A stretch of DNA of 64,000 bases from an uncultured Acidobacteriota bacterium. GTDB taxonomy: Bacteria > Acidobacteriota > Thermoanaerobaculia > Multivoradales > UBA5704. This document shows positions 22,109 to 31,968 of this stretch, piece after piece. Each line of letters begins with the position of its first letter. Within the stretch, counting starts at the first letter, position 1. The position numbers and the translations under genes are program-made. The DNA is taken from the NCBI GenBank assembly GCA_963700145.1, contig OY969474.1:2848001-2912000 (forward strand), read 5' to 3'. The notes below the pieces were generated by a model, which searched no databases, was not told the DNA's origin, and saw nothing but the letters and a program-made list of their open reading frames with translations.

Positions 22109-23567
22109 GGGGTTGTCCCTCCCGCTGTTGAAAGAGCAATGAGGTGAAGGCGGCTCCTCGGCCCACCTGATCGAGAATCGGGTTGGTCGAATAACCGGCC
22201 CCGCCAGGGGGCCAAGGAGCCGTGATGAAGACGAGAGCAGAAAGGCGGGTGGTGTGGCAAGGGGGCCGTGCGGCGCGCATCAGCCACGGGCTACAAGCGC
22301 TGCTGCGGCCGATGGTCGAGGGCATCGAGGCCAGCCGCCAGGGGCTGCTGGAGCTGTTTCACGCCGCGGGCGTCGAGGCCCTGGGGCGGCAGCTCGCGGA
22401 CGAGGTCGAGGCCGTCGTCGGTCCGAAGCGTCGGCGCAATCCGACCCGCGAGGCGTACCGCTGGGGCTCGACGGCGAGCGAGTTCGTGCTGGGTGGCCGC
22501 CAGGTGGCGCTGCCGCGACCGCGCGTCCGGCGACGCGACGGTGGCGAGATGAGCTTGCCTTCGGTGCGCGCCTTTCAGGACGAAGATCCCTTCACGGAGC
22601 GGGTGATCGAGCAGGCGCTGGTCGGCGTCTCGCAGCGCCGCTACGGTCGGAGCTTGGAGCCGCTCGCAGAGTCGGTGCCGGAGCGCGCGACGAGCAAGAG
22701 TGCGGTCCAGCGCCGGCTGGTGGCGGGGACGCGTCGTCTGCTGGGCGCGTGGCTGCGCCGAGACCTGTCGGACTTCCAGCCCCTGATCCTGATGATCGAC
22801 GGGCTGGAGGTGGCCGGCCACACCCTGGTGGTGGCACTCGGCATCGCGCGCGACGGGACCAAGCGGGTGCTCGGCCTGCGTGAAGGCGCGACGGAGAACG
22901 CGGCGCTCTGTACCGGCCTGCTCCAGGAGCTGTTGGAGCGAGGCCTCGCGATGCCGCCGCGCTTCTTGGCGGTGCTCGACGGCGGCAAGGGGCTGCGCAA
23001 GGCCGTGCGCGCCGTCTTCGGGGACGCAACCCACGTCCAGCGCTGCCAGCTCCACAAGCGCCGCAACGTCCGCGACCACCTGCCCAAGCAGCTCCAAGCC
23101 CGGGTCGACCGCCTGATGGTCGAGGCCTACCAGAGCGCTCGCTTCGACCTCGCCAAGCGTCGCCTCGAGCAGCTTGCCCGCTGGCTCGAGCACGCAGGCC
23201 ACGCGGGCGCCGCGGGCAGCCTGCGCGAGGGCCTCGACGAGACCCTCACCGCCTTGCGGCTGAAGCTGCCCGACGCTCTGCGCCGGTTGCTCGCCTCGAC
23301 CAACGCGATCGAGAACACGATCGGCTCGATCCGTACGACGACGCGCAACGTCAAGCGCTGGCGCGGCGGCGACATGGTGCTGCGCTGGGTCGCCCTGGCG
23401 CTGTGTGACGCGGAGGCTGGCTTCCGGCGTGTCAAGGGACATCGGCACCTCGGGGCTCTCGAGCTCGCGCTCGCGGCGATCGAGGAACCGACGAACACCA
23501 AGGCCGTGGCATGATCAACCGAGCCGCTTTCCCTCTTTCGGCTTTCAACAGGGAACGGGGCATCCCC
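22109..23567 (+). mobile_element. IS256-family insertion sequence, 1459 bp
   Basis: 26-bp imperfect terminal inverted repeats (GGGGTTGTCCCTCCCGCTGTTGAAAG, 20/26 match). 8-bp TSD AGTGAAAT at 22101-22108 and 23568-23575. Confidence 0.93.
22222..23514 (+). CDS. IS256-family (Mutator-type) DDE transposase
   Basis: LMIDG, VLDGGKGL, QRCQLHK.RN, STNAIE. Confidence 0.95.
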   Translation: MMKTRAERRVVWQGGRAARISHGLQALLRPMVEGIEASRQGLLELFHAAGVEALGRQLADEVEAVVGPKRRRNPTREAYRWGSTASEFVLGGRQVALPRPRVRRRDGGEMSLPSVRAFQDEDPFTERVIEQALVGVSQRRYGRSLEPLAESVPERATSKSAVQRRLVAGTRRLLGAWLRRDLSDFQPLILMIDGLEVAGHTLVVALGIARDGTKRVLGLREGATENAALCTGLLQELLERGLAMPPRFLAVLDGGKGLRKAVRAVFGDATHVQRCQLHKRRNVRDHLPKQLQARVDRLMVEAYQSARFDLAKRRLEQLARWLEHAGHAGAAGSLREGLDETLTALRLKLPDALRRLLASTNAIENTIGSIRTTTRNVKRWRGGDMVLRWVALALCDAEAGFRRVKGHRHLGALELALAAIEEPTNTKAVA

Positions 23568-24473
23568 AGTGAAATCGCCCCGGTGGCAGCTCGCCACGTT
23601 GCCACACCCGACTCTTTGAGAGAAGAGGGGGGGAGATACAGAAGTCGGAGACAACTCCTGGGAATGAATCGTAACCACGTAGCCTTCGTCCCCAAAACGC
23701 TACTGACGAACCAAGGGACCTTGCCAACCGCGGCGCCGATTAACGTTACAAGTTCCTCAGAGACCGTGCCCTGCCCTAGGCACTTGACGACGACCGCGTC
23801 AAACCGCTTTCCTTCTATGAGATCTCGGAGGTCGCCGCTTCGGTCTCGCTCGAGGCGCCACACGCGGTGGCCACGAGAATCTACGTCAATCTCTGGGTAG
23901 TTCCACGCAATACGAAGGGAGAGCCTCAGCTTCTTTCCGGTGCTCTCGAAGACGTGGTAGCTGTGAAATGTGCTGAGTGCGCTGCGGTCGCCGTTCGGGG
24001 CAACGACGCAGCCAGATAGATTCCAGAGTTGTGGTGTGTCGTATTGGTCTCCATCTGTGAAAAGCTTGCTTCGAAGCTGGTAAGGATTAGCGGATTTAGT
24101 GATGTCAGGAATAAAAAGCCGGGGGAGGATCTCGTCATCGGTCTCAGCCCAGAGACCGAGGCCAAAGACGTTGAATCTAGGGCCCTGAGAATTTGCTTGT
24201 ACGGCCTCCTCTTTATCATCGAGCTCCCAACGATTCATCCAGTGAAGGGCACGAGCTACCCTGCCGGCTCCGGAGAGGCCATAAACGCTCTGTTTGCGGC
24301 CGATTATGGAACGATAATAGCGCTCTAGCGGTTCGATAGAAGTGTCGGAGTAGTCGGGAGCAACTGTCCAATTCTCATCGATGATCCAATCGCCGACTAC
24401 GAGAATATTTTTTGTGTCCATTGGTCATAGAACAAATCTATTCAACGCCGGGTAGGCAGGTCCGAGGGGCAAA

Positions 24474-25727
24474 CTAGCCCAGCGGGTCATAGAGCGGGAA
24501 CCGCCGGCAGAGTTCGCGGACTTGCTCGCGCACTCGTCCCTGCACGGTCACATCTTCCGGCGCCCCCAGCACGTCCGCCATGAAGTCACCGACCAGGTCC
24601 ATCTCCGGCTCCCTCATAGCGCGGGTGGTCAGGGCGGGGGTCCCGACGCGGATCCCCGAAGCCACCAGCGGAGGGTTGGCGTCGTAAGGAATGGTGTTCT
24701 TGTTGACCGTGATCCCCGCGGCTTCGAGCGCCTTCTCCGCCACCTTCCCCGTCGTCCCCCCCGCCGCCACGTCCACCAGAAAGACGTGATTGTCCGTCCC
24801 CCCCGACACGATGCGGAACCCCCGCTCCGCCAACCGCCCCGCCAGCCGCCGGGCGTTCGCCACGATCTGCTGCTGATAGCCGCGGAACCCCTCCGACAGC
24901 GCCTCCTTGAGCGCCACCGCCTTCGCCGCGACCACGTGCATCAGCGGCCCGCCTTGGATGCCGGGGAACACCGCCCGGTCGATCTCCTTCGCGTGCTCCG
25001 CCGTGCACATCACCATTCCGGCGCGCGGCCCGCGCAGCGTCTTGTGCGTCGTCGTCGTGACGAAGTGGCAGTGCGGCACCGGCGACGGGTGGAGCCCCGT
25101 CGCCACCAGCCCCGCGATGTGCGCGATGTCGGCCATGAGAAGCGCCCCCGCCGCGTCCGCGATCTCGCGGAAGCGGGCGAAGTCGATCACCCGGCTGTAG
25201 GCCGAGGCGCCGCAGACGATCAGCCGCGGCCGCTCCGCCACCGCCTGCGCCTCGACCGCCTCGTAGTCGATCCGCTCGCTCTCGCGGTCCACGCCGTAAG
25301 CCACCACCTCGAAGTCGCGCCCCGAGTAGGAGAGCCGGTGCCCGTGCGTCAGGTGCCCGCCGCACGAAAGGTCCATCCCCATCAGCTTGTCGCCGGGCTT
25401 CAGCATGGCGAAGTAGACCGCCATGTTCGCCGACGTGCCGCTGTGCGGCTGGACGTTCACGTGCTCGGCGCCGAAGAGCTCCTTGGCGCGCTCGATCGCC
25501 AGCCGCTCGGCGACGTCCACGAACTCGCAGCCGCCGTAGTAGCGGCGGCCGGGGTAGCCCTCCGCGTACTTGTTGGTGAGGACGCTGCCGGTCGCCTCGA
25601 GGACGGCGCGGCTGACGAAGTTCTCCGAGGCGATCAGCTCGAGCCCGTCGTTCTGGCGCGAGCGCTCGTCGGCGATGGCCTGGTAGATCTCGGGGTCGAC
25701 GGCCTTGAGCGGGCTGTAGTCCGGCAT
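24474..25727 (-). CDS. glyA: Serine hydroxymethyltransferase
   Basis: [33 protein letters not shown]. Confidence 0.97.
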   Translation of the reverse strand: MPDYSPLKAVDPEIYQAIADERSRQNDGLELIASENFVSRAVLEATGSVLTNKYAEGYPGRRYYGGCEFVDVAERLAIERAKELFGAEHVNVQPHSGTSANMAVYFAMLKPGDKLMGMDLSCGGHLTHGHRLSYSGRDFEVVAYGVDRESERIDYEAVEAQAVAERPRLIVCGASAYSRVIDFARFREIADAAGALLMADIAHIAGLVATGLHPSPVPHCHFVTTTTHKTLRGPRAGMVMCTAEHAKEIDRAVFPGIQGGPLMHVVAAKAVALKEALSEGFRGYQQQIVANARRLAGRLAERGFRIVSGGTDNHVFLVDVAAGGTTGKVAEKALEAAGITVNKNTIPYDANPPLVASGIRVGTPALTTRAMREPEMDLVGDFMADVLGAPEDVTVQGRVREQVRELCRRFPLYDPLG

Positions 25728-25739
25728 CGGCGCCCGGCC

Positions 25740-26255
25740 TCAGGCGCCGCCGCCCTCGCTGCCTTCTCCCTCGGCCGGCGCCTCGGCGGCGGGCGGGGCC
25801 TCCGCGGCGGGCTTCTTCTTGGCGGCGGTCTTTCGAGCGGGGGCCTTGCGCGCGGGCTTCGCGGGCGCGGCCTCGGCCGGGGCCTCGGGGGCGGGAGCGG
25901 CTTGGCCGGCAGCCTCCTGGGTGTCGAGCGAGGGCTTCTGCTTGCCGGTTGCGGCCGGCGCGCCGCCGCTGTCTATGCCGCCTTCCGTCGCCGCCGCCGG
26001 CGGCGCCGCGGCCGCCTTCGGCGCGCGCGTCCGCTTCGGCTTGGCCGGCGCCTCGCCGGGGGTCTTCGTCGCCGCGGCGGCCGACGTGGTGACCGCGGTC
26101 GGCGCCGTCTCCTCGGCGTGGGCGGGCTTGCGCACCGGGCGCTTCGACGCGGTCGGGCGCTCGGGCTTCCTCGACAGCTCCTCCTGACGGCGCTTCTGCA
26201 GGCGCTTGCCGCGGCGTTGGCGGCGGCGCCGTAATTCCCGGTCTTTCTCTCTCAT
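25740..26255 (-). CDS. Basic Ala/Pro/Lys-rich hypothetical protein
   Basis: Arg-rich N-terminus followed by low-complexity sequence. Fills the gap between co-oriented genes. Confidence 0.55.
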   Translation of the reverse strand: MREKDRELRRRRQRRGKRLQKRRQEELSRKPERPTASKRPVRKPAHAEETAPTAVTTSAAAATKTPGEAPAKPKRTRAPKAAAAPPAAATEGGIDSGGAPAATGKQKPSLDTQEAAGQAAPAPEAPAEAAPAKPARKAPARKTAAKKKPAAEAPPAAEAPAEGEGSEGGGA

Positions 26256-26264
26256 GTCCCCATC

Positions 26265-27839
26265 CTACAGTGGAATGTTGCCGTGCTTCTTGGGCGGCAG
26301 GCTGGCGCGCTTGCTGCCGAGTTGGTGCAGCGCGCGGATGACCATCGGCCGCGTCTCGCGCGGCTCGATGACGGCGTCGAGGAAGCCGCGCTCGGCGGCG
26401 ATGTAGGGGTTCGAGAACTTGGCGCGGTACTCGGCGACCTTCTGCTGGCGCAGCGCCGGGGCGCCGGCGCCGGCGGCGTCGAGCTCGCGCTTGTAGAGGA
26501 CGTTGACCGCGCCCTCCGGGCCCATGACGGCGATCTCGGCCGTCGGGTAGGCGTAGTTGACGTCGGTGCGCAGGTGCTTCGAGGCCATGACGCAGTAGGC
26601 GCCGCCGTAGGCTTTGCGGGTGATGACGGTGATCTTCGGCACCGTCGCCTCGGCGTAGGCGTAGAGGAGCTTGGCGCCGTGCTTGATGATGCCGCCGAAC
26701 TCCTGCTGCGTGCCGGGCAAAAAGCCGGGGACGTCCTCGAAGGTGACGAGCGGGATGTTGAAGGCGTCGCAGAAGCGGACGAAGCGGGCGCCCTTGAGCG
26801 AGGCGTCGATGTCGAGGACGCCGGCCAAGTACGCGGGCTGGTTGGCGACGACGCCGACGCTGCGGTTGCCCAGCCGCGCGAAGCCGACGACGATGTTCTT
26901 GGCGTACCGCGCGTGAACCTCGAGGAACTTGCCGTCGTCGACGACCAGGGCGAGGAGCTGTTTGATGTCGTAGGGCTTGTTGGGGTCTTCGGGGACCAGG
27001 CTGTTGAGCCGCTCGTCGGCGCGGTCGGGGTCGTCCTCGCTGTGGCCGGCCGGCGGCTCGTCGAGGTTGTTGCTCGGCAGGTACGAGAGGAGGTCGCGGA
27101 CCGCCGCCAGGCAGGCGGCGTCGTTGGGCTCGGTGAAGTGGCAGACGCCGCTCTTGGTGGCGTGGGTCGAGGCGCCGCCCAGCTCTTCCTTGGAGACCTC
27201 TTCGTGGGTGACGGTCTTGATGACGTCGGGGCCGGTCACGAACATGTAGCTCGTGCCTTCGACCATGAAGACGAAGTCGGTGATGGCGGGCGAGTAGACG
27301 GCGCCGCCGGCGCAGGGGCCCATGATGGCGCTGATCTGGGGCACGACGCCGGAGGCCAGGGTGTTGCGCAGGAAGATGTCGGCGTAGCCGCCCAGGGAGG
27401 CGACGCCTTCCTGGATGCGGGCGCCGCCGGAGTCGTTGAGGCCGATGACGGGGGCGCCGTTCTCGACGGCGAGGTCCATGAGCTTGCAGATTTTCTGGGC
27501 GTTGGTTTCGGACAGGGAGCCGCCGAAGACGGTGAAGTCCTGGGCGAAGACGTAGACGAGGCGGCCGGCGACGGTGCCGTAGCCGCCGACGACGCCGTCG
27601 CCGGGGACGCGTTTGCCGTCCATGCCGAAGTCGCGGCAGCGGTGGGTGACGAGGGCGTCGATTTCTACGAAGGAGGCGGGGTCTAGGAGGAGCTCGACGC
27701 GCTCGCGGGCGGTGAGTTTGCCGGCTTCGTGCTGGCGGGCTACGCGGTCGGTGCCGCCGCCTTCGGTGGAGGCGCGCATGCGCGCTTGCAGCTCGGCAAG
27801 GGCCTGTTGCTGCGCGCTGATGGTGGGGGACGAAGACAT
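26265..27839 (-). CDS. pccB: Acyl-CoA (propionyl-CoA) carboxylase beta subunit
   Basis: [30 protein letters not shown]-terminal KKHGNIPL. Confidence 0.9.
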   Translation of the reverse strand: MSSSPTISAQQQALAELQARMRASTEGGGTDRVARQHEAGKLTARERVELLLDPASFVEIDALVTHRCRDFGMDGKRVPGDGVVGGYGTVAGRLVYVFAQDFTVFGGSLSETNAQKICKLMDLAVENGAPVIGLNDSGGARIQEGVASLGGYADIFLRNTLASGVVPQISAIMGPCAGGAVYSPAITDFVFMVEGTSYMFVTGPDVIKTVTHEEVSKEELGGASTHATKSGVCHFTEPNDAACLAAVRDLLSYLPSNNLDEPPAGHSEDDPDRADERLNSLVPEDPNKPYDIKQLLALVVDDGKFLEVHARYAKNIVVGFARLGNRSVGVVANQPAYLAGVLDIDASLKGARFVRFCDAFNIPLVTFEDVPGFLPGTQQEFGGIIKHGAKLLYAYAEATVPKITVITRKAYGGAYCVMASKHLRTDVNYAYPTAEIAVMGPEGAVNVLYKRELDAAGAGAPALRQQKVAEYRAKFSNPYIAAERGFLDAVIEPRETRPMVIRALHQLGSKRASLPPKKHGNIPL

Positions 27840-27860
27840 GAGATGAGGGGCGATCTTACC

Positions 27861-28060
27861 TTAGGGGTGTTCGGGGGTTGGGGAAAGGGGACCGTTCGGG
27901 GGGACTCGCCCGGGGACCGGCGCGCGCTTTGAAGACTGCCGAGGGTGGCGCGCGCCTGCGCTCCGCTGCGCGCGGGGTCGCTGGGGGACTGCGGTGGGGT
28001 TGCCGGCGCTTGCGGAGAGCTCCCCGGGCGAGTCCCCCCGAACGGCCCCCTGGCACCGTC
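27861..28060. repeat. Palindromic ~200-bp element, copy 1
   Basis: Arms at 27887-27916 and 28021-28050 are 29/30 complementary. The interior is similar to 36100-36209. Confidence 0.8.
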
Positions 28061-28085
28061 GGTGGTGGGGAGGAGGGGCCCCCCG

Positions 28086-28168
28086 CCCAGATCCTTCGCT
28101 GCGCTCAGGATGACAAGGCAGGGGTACACCGCTTCGCACGTCATCCTGAGCGCAGCGAAGGATCTGGG
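28086..28168. repeat. REP-like inverted doublet
   Basis: CCCAGATCCTTCGCTGCGCTCAGGATGAC at 28086-28114 and its exact reverse complement at 28140-28168. A related copy is at 50569-50600. Confidence 0.85.
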
Positions 28169-28195
28169 GGCGGAAAGATAGCCGACTAGAATCCG

Positions 28196-29506
28196 ATGGT
28201 GCCCTTCTCCCACGTAGACACCGCCGCCGTAGCCCGCCTGCTGTCGCAGCTCGCGGAGCGGGAGGAGGACATCGCGGACGCATTTTTCGAGCGGGTGGAG
28301 GAGGTGGAGGTGGCGCCTGAGGGCGAGGCGCCGCGGGTTCGGGTGCGGCGGGAGGAGGGGTTTGCGGTGCGGCTGGTGCGGGAGGGGCGGACTTGGCTGG
28401 CGGCGCGGGACGAGCTGGCGCCGCGGGCGTTTGCGGAGGCGCTGCGGCAGGTGGCGCGGGCGTTGGCGCCAGCCTCTTATCCGGAGCCGGCGCTCTCGGG
28501 GGTGCCACCGGGGGCGGCGGGGGCGCTGGAGCTGCTGGAGCTGCCGGGGGCGGTGGAGCGGGCGGTGCGGGCGGAGCACGTGGGGTTTCCGCTGCGGGTC
28601 GGGGTGCGGCGGCACCGGCGGTGGGTGCAGGTGGTGGGGCCGCGGCTGGTGCCGGCGGCGGAGAGCGAGACGTTTTACAGCGCCGTCGTCGAGACGCCGT
28701 GGGGGCGGCACGGGGCGCTGCTGCCGGAGCTGGGGGTCGCGGCGGCGGCGGGGCTCGCGGCGGCGGCGGTGGCGCTCTTCCGCGCCCGCGAGGCGCCGCC
28801 GCCGGCACCGGACCGGATGACCGCCGTGCTCGGGCCCGGCGCCGCGGCGGTGCTTCTCCACGAGGCGGTGGCGCACGCTCTCGAGAGCGACACGCTGGCG
28901 CTCGGCGGCCCGGTCGAGGCGGCGGTGGGGGTGGCGCTCGCGGCGCCGGCGCTCGACGTCCTCGACGACCCGTCCGCGGCGCCGCCCGGCGTGCGGCGGA
29001 CGACCGACGACGAGGGGATGCCGGTCTGCCGGCGGTGGCTGCTGCGCGGGGGGATCGTCGAGCAGCCGCTCGCGGACGCCCTCGCCGCCCGTGCCTCGCC
29101 GGCCCTGGTGCCGGGCGCGGCGCGGCGCGGCAGCCGGCACCTGCCGCCCGGCCCGCGCTCGCACCACCTGGAGCTCCTCCCCGGCACGCTCGACGACGCC
29201 GCGCTCCTGGCCGGCGCCGAGGGCGGGCTCTACGTCGCCGAGGCGGTGCGCGGCGCGCTTGACGCGCTCTCCGGCGAGTTCCGCCTCGAGGTGGCGGCGG
29301 CGCGGCGCATCCGCCGGGGCGCCCTCGCCGAGCCGGTCGGCGCGTTCACCCTCGCCGGCCGCGTCGCCGACCTCCTGGCGCGGGTCTCCGGCGTCGGCGC
29401 CCGGGCGGTGCCCGCAGGCGCCGGCTGGTGCGCCAAGGGAGGCGCGAAGCTCCCGGTCTGGGCGACGACGCCGGCGCTGCGGCTCGACGGCGTTGACGTG
29501 GCGTAG
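28196..29506 (+). CDS. TldD-like metalloprotease
   Basis: LLHEAVAHALE, DDEG, C-terminal GWCAKGG...TPAL. Confidence 0.8.
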   Translation: MVPFSHVDTAAVARLLSQLAEREEDIADAFFERVEEVEVAPEGEAPRVRVRREEGFAVRLVREGRTWLAARDELAPRAFAEALRQVARALAPASYPEPALSGVPPGAAGALELLELPGAVERAVRAEHVGFPLRVGVRRHRRWVQVVGPRLVPAAESETFYSAVVETPWGRHGALLPELGVAAAAGLAAAAVALFRAREAPPPAPDRMTAVLGPGAAAVLLHEAVAHALESDTLALGGPVEAAVGVALAAPALDVLDDPSAAPPGVRRTTDDEGMPVCRRWLLRGGIVEQPLADALAARASPALVPGAARRGSRHLPPGPRSHHLELLPGTLDDAALLAGAEGGLYVAEAVRGALDALSGEFRLEVAAARRIRRGALAEPVGAFTLAGRVADLLARVSGVGARAVPAGAGWCAKGGAKLPVWATTPALRLDGVDVA

Positions 29507-29513
29507 GCTGGTA

Positions 29514-29532
29514 TCCTTGCGTCGAGCAAGGA
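29514..29532. promoter_or_regulatory. Palindromic operator, probably for TA autoregulation
   Basis: TCCTTGC-gtcga-GCAAGGA lies just upstream of the antitoxin gene. Confidence 0.5.
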
Positions 29533-29553
29533 ATCGCAAGTGAGGTAAGGAAA

Positions 29554-29793
29554 ATGGCAGCCAGCACGCTCACGAGCAAGGGCCAGCTCACCATGCCCAA
29601 AGCGATCCGGGAGCGCCTGGGTCTGCGCGAGGGAGACAGAGTGGAGTTCCGGGTGACGGAGAACGGCCAGGTGCTGGTCGAGGCCGTCACCGTCGACCTG
29701 CGTGAGTTGCGGGGAGCCCTCAAGACCCAGGGCCGGCCGGTGTCGGTCGAGGAGATGGAGGAGGCGGTGCGGAGCGCAGGGACGCGCTTGTGA
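29554..29793 (+). CDS. AbrB/MazE-type antitoxin (VapB)
   Basis: STLTSKGQLTMPKAIRERLGLREGDRVEF. Confidence 0.9.
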   Translation: MAASTLTSKGQLTMPKAIRERLGLREGDRVEFRVTENGQVLVEAVTVDLRELRGALKTQGRPVSVEEMEEAVRSAGTRL

Positions 29794-30185
29794 TCGGCCT
29801 CGACACCAACGTCCTCGTTCGCTACCTCGTCGAGGATGACCCCGATCAGGCGCCGCGCGCCGCGGCGCTCATTGAGCAAGCCTCCGAGGCGGGCGAGCGC
29901 CTGTTCGTGCCGCAGATCGTACTGTGCGAGATCGTGTGGGTCCTGGAGAGCGCCTTCCGCTTCCCGCCAGAAAAAATCGTCTCGGTCCTCGCCGCCCTCC
30001 TGCGCTCCCGCCAGCTCGTCATCGAAGACGTCGGCACGTCGCGGCTTGCCCTCGAGCGCTACGCGGCGCGCGGCGGTGATTTCGCGGACTACCTCATCAT
30101 CGAGCGCTGCCGCGCCGCAGGCTGCGAACGCGTGGCCTCCTTCGATGGAGGACTGGCCTCGGAGGAGGGCGTCTTCGCGCCTTGA
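29790..30185 (+). CDS. vapC: PIN-domain VapC toxin
   Basis: IGLDTNVLVR, E..WVL, DFAD, SFD. GTGA overlap with the antitoxin. Confidence 0.9.
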   Translation: MIGLDTNVLVRYLVEDDPDQAPRAAALIEQASEAGERLFVPQIVLCEIVWVLESAFRFPPEKIVSVLAALLRSRQLVIEDVGTSRLALERYAARGGDFADYLIIERCRAAGCERVASFDGGLASEEGVFAP

Positions 30186-30198
30186 GCGCCGGCGATCC

Positions 30199-31506
30199 GT
30201 GCAGTCCCTTCTCGACGAAGTGCTGGTCGCGCTCACCCGCCAGGGCCTGACGCGCGCCGAGATCTACGCCAAGCGCGGGCGCTCGCGGCGGCTGGAGCTG
30301 GGGCCCGGCGGCGAGATTGCGAGCTTCCACGAGGAGCGCGGCTGGGCGGTGCGCGCCGGCACCGGGCGCGGCGCCTTCTTCACCGCCGCGACCGGCGAGC
30401 CCGACCCCGGCGCCACCTGGCCGGCGATCGACGGCCCGGCGTTGGAGCTGCCGGAGGCGGCGGCGCCGGCGCCGTGGAGCGAGCCGTCCGACTTCGAGAC
30501 GCCGCTGGTCGGCGAGAGCGAGGGGCTGCGCCTCCTCGCCGGCCTGGCGCGCGAGCTGGAGAGTGAGCTGCCCGGCGCGCGGCTCCTCACCGCCGTCCTG
30601 GAGGACGGCTCCAGCGAGGCCGAGCTGGCCAGCTCGCGCGGCGTGCGGGCGCGGGTGCGCGGGCGGGTGGCGGCGCTGCGGCTGGAGGCGGCGCTGCCCG
30701 CCCGCGGCACGGCGCGGGACGGGGCACGCGCCAGCGTCTACCTCGCGGCGCGGGAGGCGCGCCGCTTCGCCCCGAGCGCGCTCGCCCGGCGGCTCGCCGA
30801 CGCCCTCTCGGTGCGCGCCGGCGGCGCTCCCCCGCCGCCCGAGAGCGGCGGCGAGCTGCTGCTGGCGCCGGCGGTCGGGGCGCGCCTCCTGGCCGCGCTC
30901 CTGCCGCTCTTCGTCGGGCCGGAGGCGCCGGCGCGCACCGCGGCGCTGCGCGACCGCCAGGGGCGGCTCGGCTCGGCCGCGCTGACGCTGATCGACGACG
31001 GGCGCCTGCCGGGCGGGGTCTTCGAGGCGGCGGTGGACGGCGAGGGAGTGCCCTGCCGCGCGGCGACGCTGGTCGAGCGCGGCGTCTTCCGCGGCCCGCT
31101 CCTCGCCTGGCGTCAGGCGCGCGGCGGCGAGGGCGCCGCCGGTTGCAGCCGCCGTCCGAGCTGGCGCGACCTGCCGGCCCCCGGCCCGACCCACCTCTAC
31201 CTCCAGCCCGACCCGAAGCTCGCGGTGGCGGCGCTCCTCGGCGGCATCGACCGCGGCGCCTACCTGATCGAGCCGACCGGCGCGCCGCGCATCGACTGGG
31301 CCGGCGGCCGCTTCGCCCTGCCGGTCTGCGGCCTGGCGGTGGCCGGCGGGCGGGCCGAGGCGCCGCTCGCCGGAGCGTGGCTCTCGGGCGAGATCGGCGC
31401 GCTCCTCCAGGGGGTACGCGCCGCGGCGCGGGACCTCACCTTCTTCCCCTTCGACGGCATGCTCGGCGCGCCGACGCTCCTGGTGACCGGGCTGGAGCTG
31501 CGGTAG
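30199..31506 (+). CDS. PmbA/TldE-like protein
   Basis: AEIYAKRG..., LTLIDDG....DGEGVP, C-terminal GAPTLLV. No HExxxH motif. Confidence 0.75.
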   Translation: MQSLLDEVLVALTRQGLTRAEIYAKRGRSRRLELGPGGEIASFHEERGWAVRAGTGRGAFFTAATGEPDPGATWPAIDGPALELPEAAAPAPWSEPSDFETPLVGESEGLRLLAGLARELESELPGARLLTAVLEDGSSEAELASSRGVRARVRGRVAALRLEAALPARGTARDGARASVYLAAREARRFAPSALARRLADALSVRAGGAPPPPESGGELLLAPAVGARLLAALLPLFVGPEAPARTAALRDRQGRLGSAALTLIDDGRLPGGVFEAAVDGEGVPCRAATLVERGVFRGPLLAWRQARGGEGAAGCSRRPSWRDLPAPGPTHLYLQPDPKLAVAALLGGIDRGAYLIEPTGAPRIDWAGGRFALPVCGLAVAGGRAEAPLAGAWLSGEIGALLQGVRAAARDLTFFPFDGMLGAPTLLVTGLELR

Positions 31507-31925
31507 TCCCCGCCGGGCCCGCGGCAGTCCCCGCCGGTCCCGCGGTAGTCGCCGCCGAGCCCGCGGTGATCGCCGCCGTCCGAAAAGAGACCGCCGCGGT
31601 CCGAAAAGCGTACGCCGCCGGCCTCGCGGTGTTCGCCGCCAAGCCCGCGGCGATCGCCGCCGTCCGAAAAGAGACCGCCGCGGTCCGAAAGGCGACCACC
31701 TCCGTCCGAAAGGTGACCGCCGCCAGCCCCGCGGCGCTCGCCGCCAAGCCCGCGGCGATCGCCGCCGTCCGAAAGGCGTACGCCGCGGTCCGAAAGGCGA
31801 CCACCTCCGTCCGAAAGGTAACCGCCGCCAGCCCTGCGGCGATCACCGCCGAGCCCGCGGCGCTCGCCGACGTCCGAAAGGCGCACGCCGCGGTCCGAAA
31901 GGCGACCACCTCCGTCCGAAAAGGC
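31503..31925. repeat. Tandem array of about 20 x 21-bp units with a higher-order 105-bp duplication
   Basis: Two unit types alternate, one with GTCCGAAA and one with AGCCCGCG. Confidence 0.9.
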
Positions 31926-31968
31926 GACCGCGGCCGGTCCCGCGGCGGGCTCTCCCTCCCCGGCGGGC

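Larger units (their letters stand above)
20729..24421 (-). pseudogene. PfkB/HldE-like N-terminal domain plus AAA+ ATPase, interrupted by IS256
   Basis: N-terminal part begins MDTKNILVVGDWIIDENW. C-terminal part has Walker A DKPGSGKS and Walker B VFVDEID. Removing the IS and one TSD gives an open 2226-nt frame. Confidence 0.85.
17642..24473. other. Lower-GC genomic island between folC and glyA
   Basis: Abrupt shift to more AT-rich sequence and atypical codon usage. Contains an IS256. Confidence 0.8.

Noticed and set aside
23432-23567. C-terminus of ORF 23432..24421 as given in the track
   Set aside because: This is read-through into the IS end. The true continuation is at 22100.
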